Below are positions 12,897 to 25,500 of a DNA stretch of 64,000 bases, in pieces. Source of the DNA: Amphiscolops sp. MND2022 (Eukaryota); the NCBI GenBank assembly GCA_964187785.1, contig OZ076411.1, positions 67,456,001 to 67,520,000 of the forward strand, read 5' to 3'. The translations under genes were made by a program, and so were the position numbers. Below the pieces are notes generated by a model, which was given only the letters and a program-made list of their open reading frames with translations, did not search any database and was not told the origin of the DNA. Numbering within the stretch: the first letter of the stretch is position 1; each line of letters opens with the position of its first letter.

Positions 12897-15270
12897 ATGG
12901 CTCTCAATCGTAATGGTTCACCCGTATTGGAAGAATTTTTTCGTACCGGACAATGGATTCAGGACAACCGGGGCGAGCTAGTATCGCCTCAAACGGCGGG
13001 ATTCTGGCCCAATTCCAACCACACGGCGGTAGATGGGACTCCTGTACGTGCTGGGTGCTCACGAGCGCCCCAGAATGACGGCAGTCTCGTTAGCAAAGAC
13101 ACTGAGGCCATCTTAGAGAACATGACTTACATTACGCCAAATATCGTTTGGAGGCCTGTCGAGCAAAAGCCTCGAACAAGCAGAAGATTCACCCTCCTGC
13201 ATTGTGTGCGCAGGACGAACTGACTCGCGAGAACGCGTCATCCCTTCGTGACAATACGATATCAACAACCTCCTCACGACGGTCCTCAGCATTAAGGGTA
13301 GTCGAGGAAGCCGCTGCAGCAAGGACTGCAATTAGCAGCAAGCCTTAGCGCGTCTGGCAGATACCCGTGCCGAATGCAATGAGCAGCACAAAGTGATGAC
13401 TGCAGAACTGGAAGCTATGCAAGACTCAGTGAAATGCAGCCTAAGAGCAGCTACCCAACAAACCACTGTGCAAGCTGCAAAGGTGGATGCCATGGGATAT
13501 CGCCTGGAAGAAATGAAAGACTTACTTCTCCAACGCGAATTACGCATGGAGGTGCAAATGGCCGAACTCAGTAATCAGCTGCACTCTCTCGGCGCTGCAC
13601 CCCGAGCAGTACCTTCAACGACTGAGCAGACCCGAATGGCTGAACCCATCGCGTCCACGAGCAAAATGGTGCCTATGCGCACCCCCAACCCACCAGTAAC
13701 TCTGAAGACGAGCCTCAAGACGGAACCCAAGGTGCTCAAGCCACCACCAGCGGGCAAGAAGACCACCAATGTGCATGTGTGCGCACCTAATTCGCTCAGC
13801 ACAGTGCGCACCATCGATGACGTCACTGGCCCGTACCCAGGATCAAGGGGTAGACCCCATGACAACCACATTATCGACCGTCGACCTGGCAGACACTAAA
13901 GCCACTGCTGGTTCGAAGACTAGCAGGGCTGAGGATGAAGCCTACACCACTGCTAGGGCAAGGACAACTGGGACCAGTTCAATGTTCCTAACCGCGAGTG
14001 AGGGAATACCCGCGGGCAATCCCTGCGCCAGCAGCACCCGCAAAAAAGACGACGTGAATGGTGAGTTGTCTATGCAAGCCCCCAGGGGCAGTCAAGATAA
14101 CTATCCGGACCCTAGTCAGGGAGAGGAAGTAATCTCCCCCGAGCAGCTGCGATTTACTGCCGCTATTTCCAAAGCCATGTCCAAGGAGTTGGCCCCCCTG
14201 CTGGCAGGACGCGATCCAACTCAGGCCAGGCCTAGTGTCTATAGAGGATCCAAAGAAGGTTCCATCGATGGATGGATCCTCGTAATGCTTGCCGCTACTT
14301 GCAACGCACACAGGCCAAAGGAACCCCCGACGACAAAGCATGGAGCATCATTGGCCATCTGGAAGGCGAAGCTCGCAATTACATAATCAACAAGACCGAG
14401 TCCAAAAAGACACCCATTAAAAGTAATCGAACTACTAGTTAGGAATTTGGAACCGGAGGCAACCGCATGCAAGTGCGCCAAGCCTTTGCCACTCGACAAC
14501 ACTCTGACAGGGAAGACTGGATGCAGTACCTGGATGCACTGGAAGGTACTGCCAAGCCAAGGTTTCCCTGACGAGCCCGTTACTACCAAGCGTTACGAAA
14601 TCTTGCAGCGCTTTGTCGAAGGCGTGCGTGACCGTGCCTCGCGGAGAGAACTCTCTATCATCTATGCATCCGAAACTACTGTCACTGAGCCTCCCACTGT
14701 AGAATCGTTGCGGTTCACGACCCGACAACTACAACGCACCAGGTCCAAGTCTGCGCAACCGTACGACCCAGGTACACTATGAGGTCAAGGCCTCATTCCT
14801 TTGCGCCACCAATCCGAAATAAGATGATGCTACCCCAGCGAGTACTGCCTCGCCCACCAGCCAATAACGCCCCAATAAATCCAACGGCAGCAGAACCTGC
14901 TGTGCGCCTGCCTCTGGGTGCCTGCTTCAATTGTGGCCAGACTGGGCACTTCGCCCGAGACTGTCCCAATCGCGACCAAGCTCGCAAACACACAGCTGCC
15001 CCAAAACTTGAAGGAGTGAAAACCACTGCCGAGGATATAACCGACATTCTAGAAATTTATCCTGGAATCCGCCAATGCGCCCATTGTGGAATATTTGACC
15101 ATGCGGGCTCTCCTTGCGTCGGAAACCCTGTCAATCCAAGCGAAGAACTTGACTACGATCGCTGGGCAGAAGTGGAAGCTGCCGGAGTCGCTGCCCACAC
15201 GGTATCATTAGAGGACGACCGCGTGCTGATGTTACACCCAGCGGAACCTCCAGCTTTCTACACCCCCTGA
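12897..15270 (+). pseudogene. gag: Gypsy gag (coiled coil, capsid, CCHC zinc knuckle), frameshifted
   Basis: Coiled-coil ORF 13393-13899; capsid-like YRGSKEGSIDGW and YEILQRFVEGVRD; CFNCGQTGHFARDC at ~14923-14964. Confidence 0.85.
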
Positions 15271-18200
15271 CCATTACATGTGGAGCCAAGCAAGTCCAGA
15301 CCTGCTTGGAGCCAACTACATTTAGCCCTCAGGGACGAACACTTATATCAATCCATTTGATGCTAGCCGCAGAACAGCTGCGTCGGCCAACACTGACATT
15401 GGCCAAACTCTGGGTCGAACTGTCTATGATATACATTTACAAACGTGTGGAACTACCCCGCCCCAAAGAGTGGTATGCCCCAGGGGACACTCTTACGACC
15501 TATTCTCCCGTGCCAATCTGCGCCACTATGGAAGTCGTGGATGTGAAGTTTGAGGCCTGCGTGGTAGTAGACGTTTTCCCACCCGGAATATGCTTGGGCC
15601 CACAAGAACTCAAGTGTTAGAATATCAATCACCAGGAGCCAACCGGTGAAGCACGGATAGACGAGCGTGCGTCACTCGTCGTTTCCTTGGTTGTGCCCCA
15701 GGCGGCACCCATTCCTCTACGAGGACTTGTCGACACTGGCTTTGGTAAGTCCATCTTGACCTTTTCAGCCTTCAATCGTGTGGCCTCGCAGACTGGCACC
15801 GTGTTGAAGCCGTACCGCATTGATTTGTACGCCGCCAATGGCACGACCATTAAAACCTTTGGGCTGGAAGAGCAGATCCGCTTCCAATTGGGAGGCAATG
15901 AATTGGAAACTAATTTCGTCGTGGTAGACGAGGCCCTGGGAGTGGAAGACTTCCTCTTGGGTCGTAACTCCCTCCGAGCATACCAAGTGCTCGTGGACCC
16001 AACTTCGATGAAGATTGTGGTCCGAGCGCCAGTGAAGCCTGTTTGGCATCATGCACATACACAGGTAGGTGATGCTTCTTTAGCTACTCCTGTCGCTTTA
16101 GACAGCGACTTGATTCTCCAACCTTTTGAACAAGCAGTCGTCAAGGCTAAGCTCACCACCAATGAACTTAAACCGTGGATATTACAAAATGTAGCATTGA
16201 ATGCAGCAATCGCCGATGCATCGCTGCACAACGTAGTGTTTTTAGAAGACAGCATTGCCACTGTCAGTGAAACAGGCCACGTTTTTGTCAGCGTGATGAA
16301 CCCGACGAGTAACCCTCAGCGGATGCAGAAAGGAACCCGGCTGGGCAGTTTAGTCCCGGTGTCGTTGGTCTATCAGGCCATTCCGCAAAGGACCCAAAAT
16401 CAGCAAGCCCAGGTTCAACAAACTGAGGCCACCCATGACCAATTTGCGTTTGTGAATAAAATCTATGAAGAAATGAATTATACTACTGATTTGCAATTAC
16501 CTTCTTCATCTGAATTTGAGTTTTTGTCTTCAACAGATCCAACGAAAGCAGGCCTTTCAGAGCGTGAAATACGCAAGCGTACGGACTCTGGACTCCTGGC
16601 TCCCGTACAGGGAGCAGAGTCACAGCTTAAGACGGTCCGAGACCTATGGGGTTCCAAGGCTAGCATTTCGCTTGAAAACATCTTAACCGAGTTTGATGAC
16701 TTGTTCATGAAGCACAAGGCTGACATTGGTCGATGCACCATAGCCAAACATCCAGTCGAGGTGGAGCCAAGAGCAGTGCCCCAACGCGAAGGCGCAAGAC
16801 GCATGTCCCCTGAAAAGGCAGAACGTGCCAACCAGGAAGTACGCAATCTGCTCGCACTGGGTATGATTCAGCCTTCCTTGTCACCATGGGCAAGCCGGAT
16901 CGTCATGGTAAAGAAAAAGAACGGCGAGTTACGCTTTTGTTCTGTCTTCCGCCCACTGAATGAAGTTACCGTTAAAGATGCGTATCCACTGCCTCGCATC
17001 GATGAAAGCCTCGCTAGGCTGGGCAAGGCCAAGATCTACACTAGCATTGACTTGGCTTAGATTTTCTGACAAATTCCTGTCCGGAAGGCAGATCGTCAAA
17101 AAACCGCCTTTGCCTGCAAACTAGGACTGTTCGAATGGCGACGTATGCCTTTTGGCATGTGCAACGCCTCTGCCACCTTCCAAAGAGCGATAGCACGAGC
17201 GCTACGCAAGATCGTGAATCGGGAAGGCAGCATGGTAATGGCCTACATTGACGACATTGTCATTGCCACCGAAACCGTGGAAGACCACATGGTACGTCTC
17301 CGCGAAGTCTTTGAATGCTTGCGCGAAGCGGGTTTCAAAATGCGAGTTGCCAAGTGCGACTTCAAGAAATCCGAGATCAAGTACCTAGGTCACGTCGTAT
17401 CTGCGGAGGGCGTGAGGCCTGATCCCAAAGCTGTCGCAAAGTTACGCGACTGGGAAATTCCCCGCAACAAAACGGAAGTGCAGAGCTTCTTAGGCTTCGC
17501 CAATTACTATCGCGAATTTATTCCTTGGCACGCCAAGCTGGTAGCCCCTTTGCATGCCATCACTGGCACAAGGGCCACCTTCGCTTGGGGATCAGAACAG
17601 CAATTAGCCTTCAACGAGGTAAAGAAAGCACTCATTGACGCAACTGCCCTCGCGCAACCAGACTCCGAAGGCGAATTCGGGTTGGACATTGATGCCAGCG
17701 CCGTGGCTATCTCGTGGATACTTCATCAGTGGCAAGGCCCACCTGGAGAAAGACGTTTACGCCCAATTGTCTACGGAAGTAAAAAAAAACTCACAGCCAC
17801 GCGAGCCAAGTATGGAGCGCCGCAGCTAGAAATGTACGCGGCGTACCACTTCATCGTAAAGAACCACAGCTACCTATGCCCGCGAAAGTTCACGCTGAGA
17901 GTGGACACTCAGGCGCTATCATGGTTGAAAACGTACTCAACTGATCAAGCCCTCATTGGTAGATGGATCATGGCACTAGAAAAGTACCACTTCCTGTGTC
18001 GAACATCGACTTCGAACACAACATCGCAATGCCGATGGCCTATCCAAACGAACCAACGACTATCGATGGAGAAAACAACAGCTCGAAAAACTGCCTTCAG
18101 TCGCAGAACGATGGAGTTTTCTCTCCCAAGATGAATTCGAGCGTCTTCCCACCGCGCCATGGTTTGACTTGCAGGGCCGGGTAATCCCCAACCATCCTGA

Positions 18201-21200
18201 GCTACCACAGCACTCGAAAAACTTGCAACCAAACCCTCCCAACTCGGTTCAGCGCATAATTCGTCGCACGCAACGCATTCACCGGCGAAATAAACAGCAG
18301 GAGGCCCTGCAGGCACCTCTGCCTCCACAGCCACCTCCCATTCTACACGCTCACGAAGACTTCTACCACGACTACCCAAAAGACTGGATAGATGTTACCG
18401 AAGAAGCACGAGATAACTACTTACTGCCCACACACGTGACCAATGTTGCTTTACGCACCACCTATGAATTGACCAATACTGATGGAGCAACGCTGCAAAG
18501 TGCCCCCGCTCATGTTAAGCAGGTAGCAATGGCCATTCGCAGCGTGAGCACAGAGCTACACGAACATGCCCACACCGTCCACGGCATCAAGGACCTGGTG
18601 CTAGCGCAAAACAGAGATGTCCACGTCCTTGCACTCAAAAAGTTGGTCAACGGTGAATGCACTGACCAAGACATATTCCCTGAAGATGTACGTGCGTTTG
18701 CTCGTAACTACTTCAAACAAAAGAAGGAGATACTATTCCTGAACTCAAAACGTGTGCTTTGCGTGAAGTATCCACCACAACAGCGTCCACTGCATGAGCG
18801 ACCGTGCATGATAGTAATGCCTCAATTATATCAGCAGGAGATCCTTTTTCGTGCGCACGATGTCAAGGGTCGTCAAAGCATTACTAAAGTTGTGGCACGA
18901 ATTCAAGAACGCCGTACCTGGCTTGGTATTTGCCGCACAGTGGGCGAAAACGTCAGCCAATGCCTCAAATGCCAACAGGTTCGAGACAAGCCTGGCGATG
19001 TTCGGTTCCACCTCAAGAACATTCAGAGCGGGTACTCCATTGAGTTAGTGCAGTATGATCACATGAAGCTGTGCCCATCTGATGAGGGCCACACCGGAAT
19101 CCTAGCGATCATAGACCACTTCTCAAAATTTGATGAAGCTGTACCATGTAGTTATGAAGAATACGACGCAATCACCACCTCTCGCTTGCTGTTGCAGAAA
19201 TGGTTTGCACGTCACGGCACACCTACACGTATGCAGTCGGACATTGCTCCGAACCTAACTGCAGAGGTCTCCAATGAATTCATGAAGGCCTCTCAGGTTA
19301 CTAAAGTGACCTCCACTGCTGGTCGAACGCCCAGATCGTACCTTGCTTACACTGCTGCGTGTGTTTTGTTCACGTCGGATGCGTGACTGGGATCAGCATC
19401 TCGATGAAGTGCTCGGTGCTTACAATTCCACACGCCACGCTACAACGGGGTTCTCACCCTACATGTTGACTGGGGCACCGAAAAAGCGATACCCCTCACG
19501 TACTTGTACCCTGAGTTCGCCACTTAAGCTTTTCCCACGCACGATGCGTATGTAGACCACGTGCTGGCGCGTCAACAGGAAATTCACGACCTGGTGCGCA
19601 GGAACACTCACCAAGCTCAACAGCGTCAAAAACTTAAACATGACCGTGCGATTCAGCCAAAGCCTATCAGAAGGGCGACTTGGTCTGGGTTTTTTGTCGA
19701 TATGTTCCCCAAAAGGGATCACCTAAACTGATGCGCGCTTGGCGCGGCCCACACCATGTTGTACACACGTTACAGGATGGACGTGTTTACATCCTTGACA
19801 CAGGGCAAAAGGTCCACTTTGAACGCCTAAAGCCTCACAATAGTGGCCCGCTAGAATTTGCCGCCACCCCTCTTGATACCGGTGACATCGCCGTCGTCAT
19901 GGACCCAGAGCCTGAACGCTCTGTAGAACCCATAGACGATGATTGTTCAAAACCTTCATATGAGTCTGAACAAATGCTTTCAGAGGCCTCGAATGCTTCA
20001 CTAAGTTCCCGCAAGCGCCACTGGATGGATACCAGGTTGCGCACCAAGCTGCGTGCGGGCGAAACCCGGCCACATTACCAGCAATTCAATTATTCCAGGT
20101 CCGAAACAGACAATGAATCGTCGGGGGCGATGCTTCCCATTCCCATCCTTTCACCACAAAAGGTGGAAACCCACCTACCTCTGTTTCCAATAGACAACCC
20201 TATGGCACCTGATTCCTTATCAGATGTCTCAATATTGAGTTGTCTCCCACAATTGTTCTCTGATCATGAGCCTATGCGCTCACCTTCACCACACGTTTCG
20301 CAGTCAGACAATACTCCGGAGCTATCCCTCACCGGTACCCCTGCTCCGTTGCTGACTCAACCCTCTCTCACTGACTACCTCAGCAATTATCCCCTTTAGC
20401 CAAATTAAGCCAAAGTCTCTCCTGAAGCCAGTTCTTGTCCATCATTACCCTCAATGAACATGGCCCCGGCAGTATTGCCAACACTCCACCGCTCCTTCTT
20501 TCAAAAGGGGGACGGGGAGACCGCGAAAAAAGACACGGGTGCCTCAACAGCGGAAAACTCAGGGCAAAACAACGTCCAAGGCGCAGGTACCCAAACCGAA
20601 CGTCCAGACGGGATCTCAGAACAGATACCAACTGAGGCGAAAACGGCAGCCCAGATATAAATGCGGCACGTGCGGCCTACACGAATGCGTGTGCGTGCTA
20701 GCAGTGAATGAGAACCGGGACGTTCCCATTGAAGCCCCCGAGGGACGATATCACGCCAAGTTAATCCGTCAATTTGTCGTCCCAGCGGAGAAGACCTTTA
20801 CTGGAAAAGGAACGAACTGAGAAATATCCATCCGAATTGATCTTGCAACAAATTGCAGTACCAAGTGTTGCAAAGGCACCATGCCCCCGGTTCAAGGAAC
20901 GGACCAGTAATGGCAAAGGCTTTGAGTTCACGTTAGCCACCGTGATACCCCCAGTACCTCCCAAAATTGTGTTTGGACCGTTCAACTTTGAGCGAGAGCC
21001 TGTCCAAATGGCTAGGTGTATCACTACTGACTTGTTGCTTGACCGATTTGGAGTGGAAGTAGAATCGGGTGGTGTCTACAGTCCCGCCCCGTACTGGTGG
21101 CTGTTGGTGACTGCTTCAAGCGTCGATGCACTAGTGAACCCAAAACATCTACTGTTATGCTTGGAAAGCCTGAGGACTTCCACAACGGAAAACCTGATCC

Positions 21201-22021
21201 TATGCTTCCACCTAATAGACTGGTATCGAGGCAAGGTGAAATTCCGTTGGGGGTTGAAGGTTATCATCACATGCTTCATCAACTATCCGCGAATTCGTCT
21301 ATTGGACGAATGGACCCACACGTTTGAAGAACCCCTGCAAGTCATGGCAGCGGTGAGCACGCTAGACACATGGGTTCGAGCGAATGTAGATAACCAAGCA
21401 CTACCACGTTCCGTATGGCAGGACCTATCCGCAATACAAGGTCGCATCCCACGTGTGTGCAAACCTTCCGACAATGACCCTGGTCGAGAAATATTTTATC
21501 CAGGTAGTTTGCGTCCCAACATGGTGGAATACATTTCCTAAAACACCACTGACTTCTTGCAAGCCGAAAGGCATATAGCCCTGCCATGTCCGGCAGACTT
21601 GGAAACAAGTTCCGCGGCGCTGCGCTACGTGTTACGGGAATGTGGCAAGGAACACGTATTCTCACTACGTCCGCAAGTGGGGGAAATACTCACCCTAACC
21701 CCCACGATAACAAACAAGCCTTCTCAGACAATACACCTGCTGATTACACGCGCGAATCAGTGTGCACAACTGATAGCAGATGACTATCTGCTATGCCTGA
21801 GAAAATTGCTAGCATGGCTGGAAGACAGAGGAGTCTCCCAGGTCCACTTTCCCATACTGGACCCAGAAAGGCCGGTATACTTTTTGGCCAACCTATATCG
21901 AGTGATAATGGACTTGTTTGTGGACACGAACATCCACGTAGTTCTACATAATTGCGTGTATGTGTCCATACTAGGCATCGAAGTAGGTGTTAAACTACCT
22001 TGTTGCCATCTCCCTGGCTGA
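15270..22021 (+). pseudogene. pol: Gypsy pol: protease, dUTPase-like remnant, RT, RNase H, integrase with GPY/F motif, long C-terminal extension; multiple stops and frameshifts
   Basis: LVDTG...FLLGRN (PR); SVMNPTSNPQRMQKGTRLG; SPWAS, KDAYPLPRID, MPFG, YIDD (RT); DIDAS, YGAPQLEM (RH); HD...CLKC, QYDH, MQSD, VER (INT); WRGPH (GPY/F). Confidence 0.92.
20960..21960 (+). other. Two tandem TARG1/OARD1 (Poa1p-like) macrodomain-like units at the end of the Gypsy pol region
   Basis: Unit 2 (HIALPCPADLETSSAAL...GEILTL...TIHLLITR...CLRKLLAWLEDRGVSQVHFPIL...IMDLFVDTNIHVVLH) parallels TARG1 as recalled. Unit 1 (WLLVTASS...LLCLESLR...FHLIDWYRGKVKFRWGLKVIITCF...IRL) is similar. ORFs 20774 and 21557 share a frame and are separated by one TAA. 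Confidence 0.7.
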
Positions 22022-22561
22022 AATCTGCTGTGAACCACGGTCACTCAGACGGCTTCCTTGTGCCTAACACACTTTATTTATTGTTAAACACTTTACTTAA
22101 CCCTAACGAAGGACGCTTTGAGCGTTCTCTTAATTAATCTATCATAACTTGTAATAATGTTTTTCATTAAGGAGTTCTCTTATGGAACCGGTTTTAATAG
22201 CGCATCACTCAACCATCACCACGGGTTTAATGAGTATTCATTTTGAGAACCATGATAAGATGGCTTATCATCATACGGCCCCTGCAGCGATGCCTGCCTC
22301 AGCCCTACCTAATCAGAACGCTGCTCGAGCGCAGCGTTCCAACTAAGTGCAGTATATCAAAGGAAAGGCTATGCAATGGCATTTCGTCAGCAGCCGTAGC
22401 TGGGGTCGCAGCCCTCCTGGCTCAGTTAGAAACTCTACCTATTTTGGCCGTGTCGATAGTGGCTGACGTGGCAGGGTACAAACGTACCATGACCATGTCG
22501 CAGCGGGGTATGGGATGGATATGACCTGACTCATCCCTTTCTGGACGATCGGTCTACTGTA

Positions 22562-25500
22562 GTGAGAGGCCCCAGCCTACAAACAGCTATGGAGCAAGAG
22601 GCCACTTTGCGAATCCCTATTGCCAATGTGCCAATGCCACAGCCCTTGCCACCAGCACACCTGGTGATCCAACCTCAACAACAACCACTCGCACAGCAAA
22701 CGACACAGTCGCTGTATCTACCAGACGCACAGCCCGTGGCACATCCTCCAACCCAGATGGCACCTTATGCTAGTGCTCCACCGCCCATTCCCCGCACATG
22801 GTCCTTAGCACAACACCTCTACTGGAGCCCGAGGGCTCCAGCCCAATGTCCAGCGCCAGAGTGCAATATGTGCAATCCATCTGCGCCACCCTCGGCTCGT
22901 CACATTGTTGTCGCACCTGATATGTCGCACAGGACCCCTAGCGAGCAAGTTGTGATACAAGCTCTCCAAGCGGTATCGAATTACCCAGAATTCAGAGACA
23001 TTGTGGAGACAGTATCCAGGCAGATGCCAGGCTTGCAGAACCTTCTAGGAGCCACAGGACAGCCTGAGGGCTGACTGGTCACAAGGGGAAATCAAGGTCC
23101 AAGCACCTGTCCCTCTACTCCTGGTACCAGCACAACAAGACAGCGGGCTCCTTCACCTATTTCATGGTTGTCACTTGTTTCTGATGAGGAACTTGGCCGC
23201 AAAAAAGCCTCGCCGCATGAATTAACTCGATCGACCAACAACAACGACAGCCCCACGAGCCGTCCACTTCCGGTCAAAACGAACAATATGTTGCGCTCGG
23301 GTGGTAATTCAAGAGCCACCAAAAGTAGACTATCGTGGAACCCCAGAACCTCAAATGGCCATGAGTGAGGTAATGGAGCGGTATGCCCAAGCCCCGCCTC
23401 AAAGCAGGATAGCGCCGATGGCTCGGCACCCTCAGGCTCCTCCTCTACCACGAAATCTGGAAAGTCTACAGGACCACGGTATTTCCCACAGTCGGACACT
23501 GTGTCGGAAACCGTGGTAACAAGAGATGCCAATGGCATCTGGCAGGTCGCCCCTCGGTTGAACGATCAGCAGTTCCGAGACCACCAAAAAGTGCCTCCAT
23601 CCAGCGCCAGTCAAACTCAACTGCGGAAACTTTCAACCATTGCACATCTTTCACGAACTCTGCGCGCCTCAGATACGGACATCTTCGAGCCAGCATGGGA
23701 GCAAAGAGTAGTTCGACAGTTGACTACAGCCCATGACAACTATCTACGGCCGATGCAAAATAACCTGAATGCGCAATGCAATGCCAGATACTCGCTGCAG
23801 CCAGGTGAGACTTGGGAAACCCATAGTCAATACTCCAGGTGCCTGGAGGCCTTGAAGCCAATTTCAAAGGAACCCATCTAACGCGTGCGTTACTGCGTGA
23901 TGGTTGGTTCAACGGTCCCATGCGACCTTCCATTAGACAACATTATCCCTGATGTGTTAGTCGTGACGATGCCTATATCACGGCTACCCGAGATGGCAGA
24001 AGTAGCCATCGCGATGTTCTCACCTGAGTTAGAAGGTCCTCAGAAAGAGCCACCTCCCCGGCTAATCATCTTTGCCAATCTGATTGACCATATGGCCTGC
24101 GAAGGCCTACTAGAGGACTTGCCGCGTATACTGCGCGGAATGTCCACCCACGAAGCAGCAAGTAACGAAGTTGCTGGAGTATTACACCAAATAGCAACTG
24201 CAATGGAGCGCACAGGTAAGTTGCTCTGCGCTCGTCTGAGAGTGCCAGCATTATTCGTTTCTCCTCCTGGGAAGCTGTACTGGGGAGGAATGTTCCAACG
24301 GTTCGTATACAGGCTGATCGAGATCTGTAGTGCCGCCGCATTGATTTCTACTTATGCGCGCCCAATTTGCGCGTTGGAAAGACGGACTTGCGCCCTGCTG
24401 CACTATAAGCGCATGCATACCTGGCAACAATTTCACGTCTGTTGCAGCCTGTAGAACGTGGAGGCAATGCCCAACTGACCTGGGATGATGCGACCTACTA
24501 CGACCATGGAATGCGTCTAGGCACGCTGACGTTTGATGAGGCAGGAAATCGAATTCTCCCAGAAGCCAGAAGAGAGGGGCGTGAAAACATGCGCCGATAC
24601 AATTGGCTGGTGCCCGATGCCCACCCCAACACAGTCAAAGCAGATCTAGCAGCGGTCTGGGACCGGATTTGCAGATGGCCACTCAACAGTGAAGTGGAGC
24701 GAACAATCCCTCAGATTCAGTTCGCTGACAACACAGATATCATCAAGATGTTGCTGGGCTTGCGGCTCATCGTGGCTCACGAAGCCGTGACTCTAGACCA
24801 GCTAGTATGAGCACGCGAAGTCACGTACGGTGACTGGTATCATGACCGCATGACCACCGTCACATTGGAAATGGCAGCCAGAACGCTGTCGGTGTCTTTT
24901 CCAGAGTTGAAGACAAGTTTTGGCTTAGGATGGCACCTGGAATTCATGGCGGATGAATTCTGTCTAACCGACGAACAGCTGCAGAAACTCACCGATGCCT
25001 TGAAAGGAACTACGGTAAACGAGGTATTAGCCCTTGCGTTAGCCTTGGGACCCACAAAGTTTGTGGCTGGCCCCCTGGCCATGATCGTAGACCTAGTCAC
25101 CGCTGGTTGGGTCCTGGAGTTCTATATATACCTGGTCCGGGCCCAAGGAAAATTGACCTTCATGCTTGCATGTGGAGAAGTGCTCTTTTTGCAGAACGGG
25201 CACAGCTACACTGAGCAGCTATTCCGGATGAGAGCGTCAGTACAACACTGGCTCTACTCTACACTGATCTATGCATCGGGACTGTTCGTAGTAGTAGACC
25301 AAGCTCAACCCCTACGTGACTCGGACGCGCAGCTGCCTCGTGAAAATCCCGGCTTCCCTATGCCGCAGCAGATATCCAACCTAACGTTGGCAGAAGAAGA
25401 TCTGGTACCAGTAGTTGCCCCCGTCTTGATTCCTATCTTCGGACCCCTGAGCCTACTGCGTTATCCCACCAAGCCCGTGTCCATGGCGGCGCAAGTCGCC

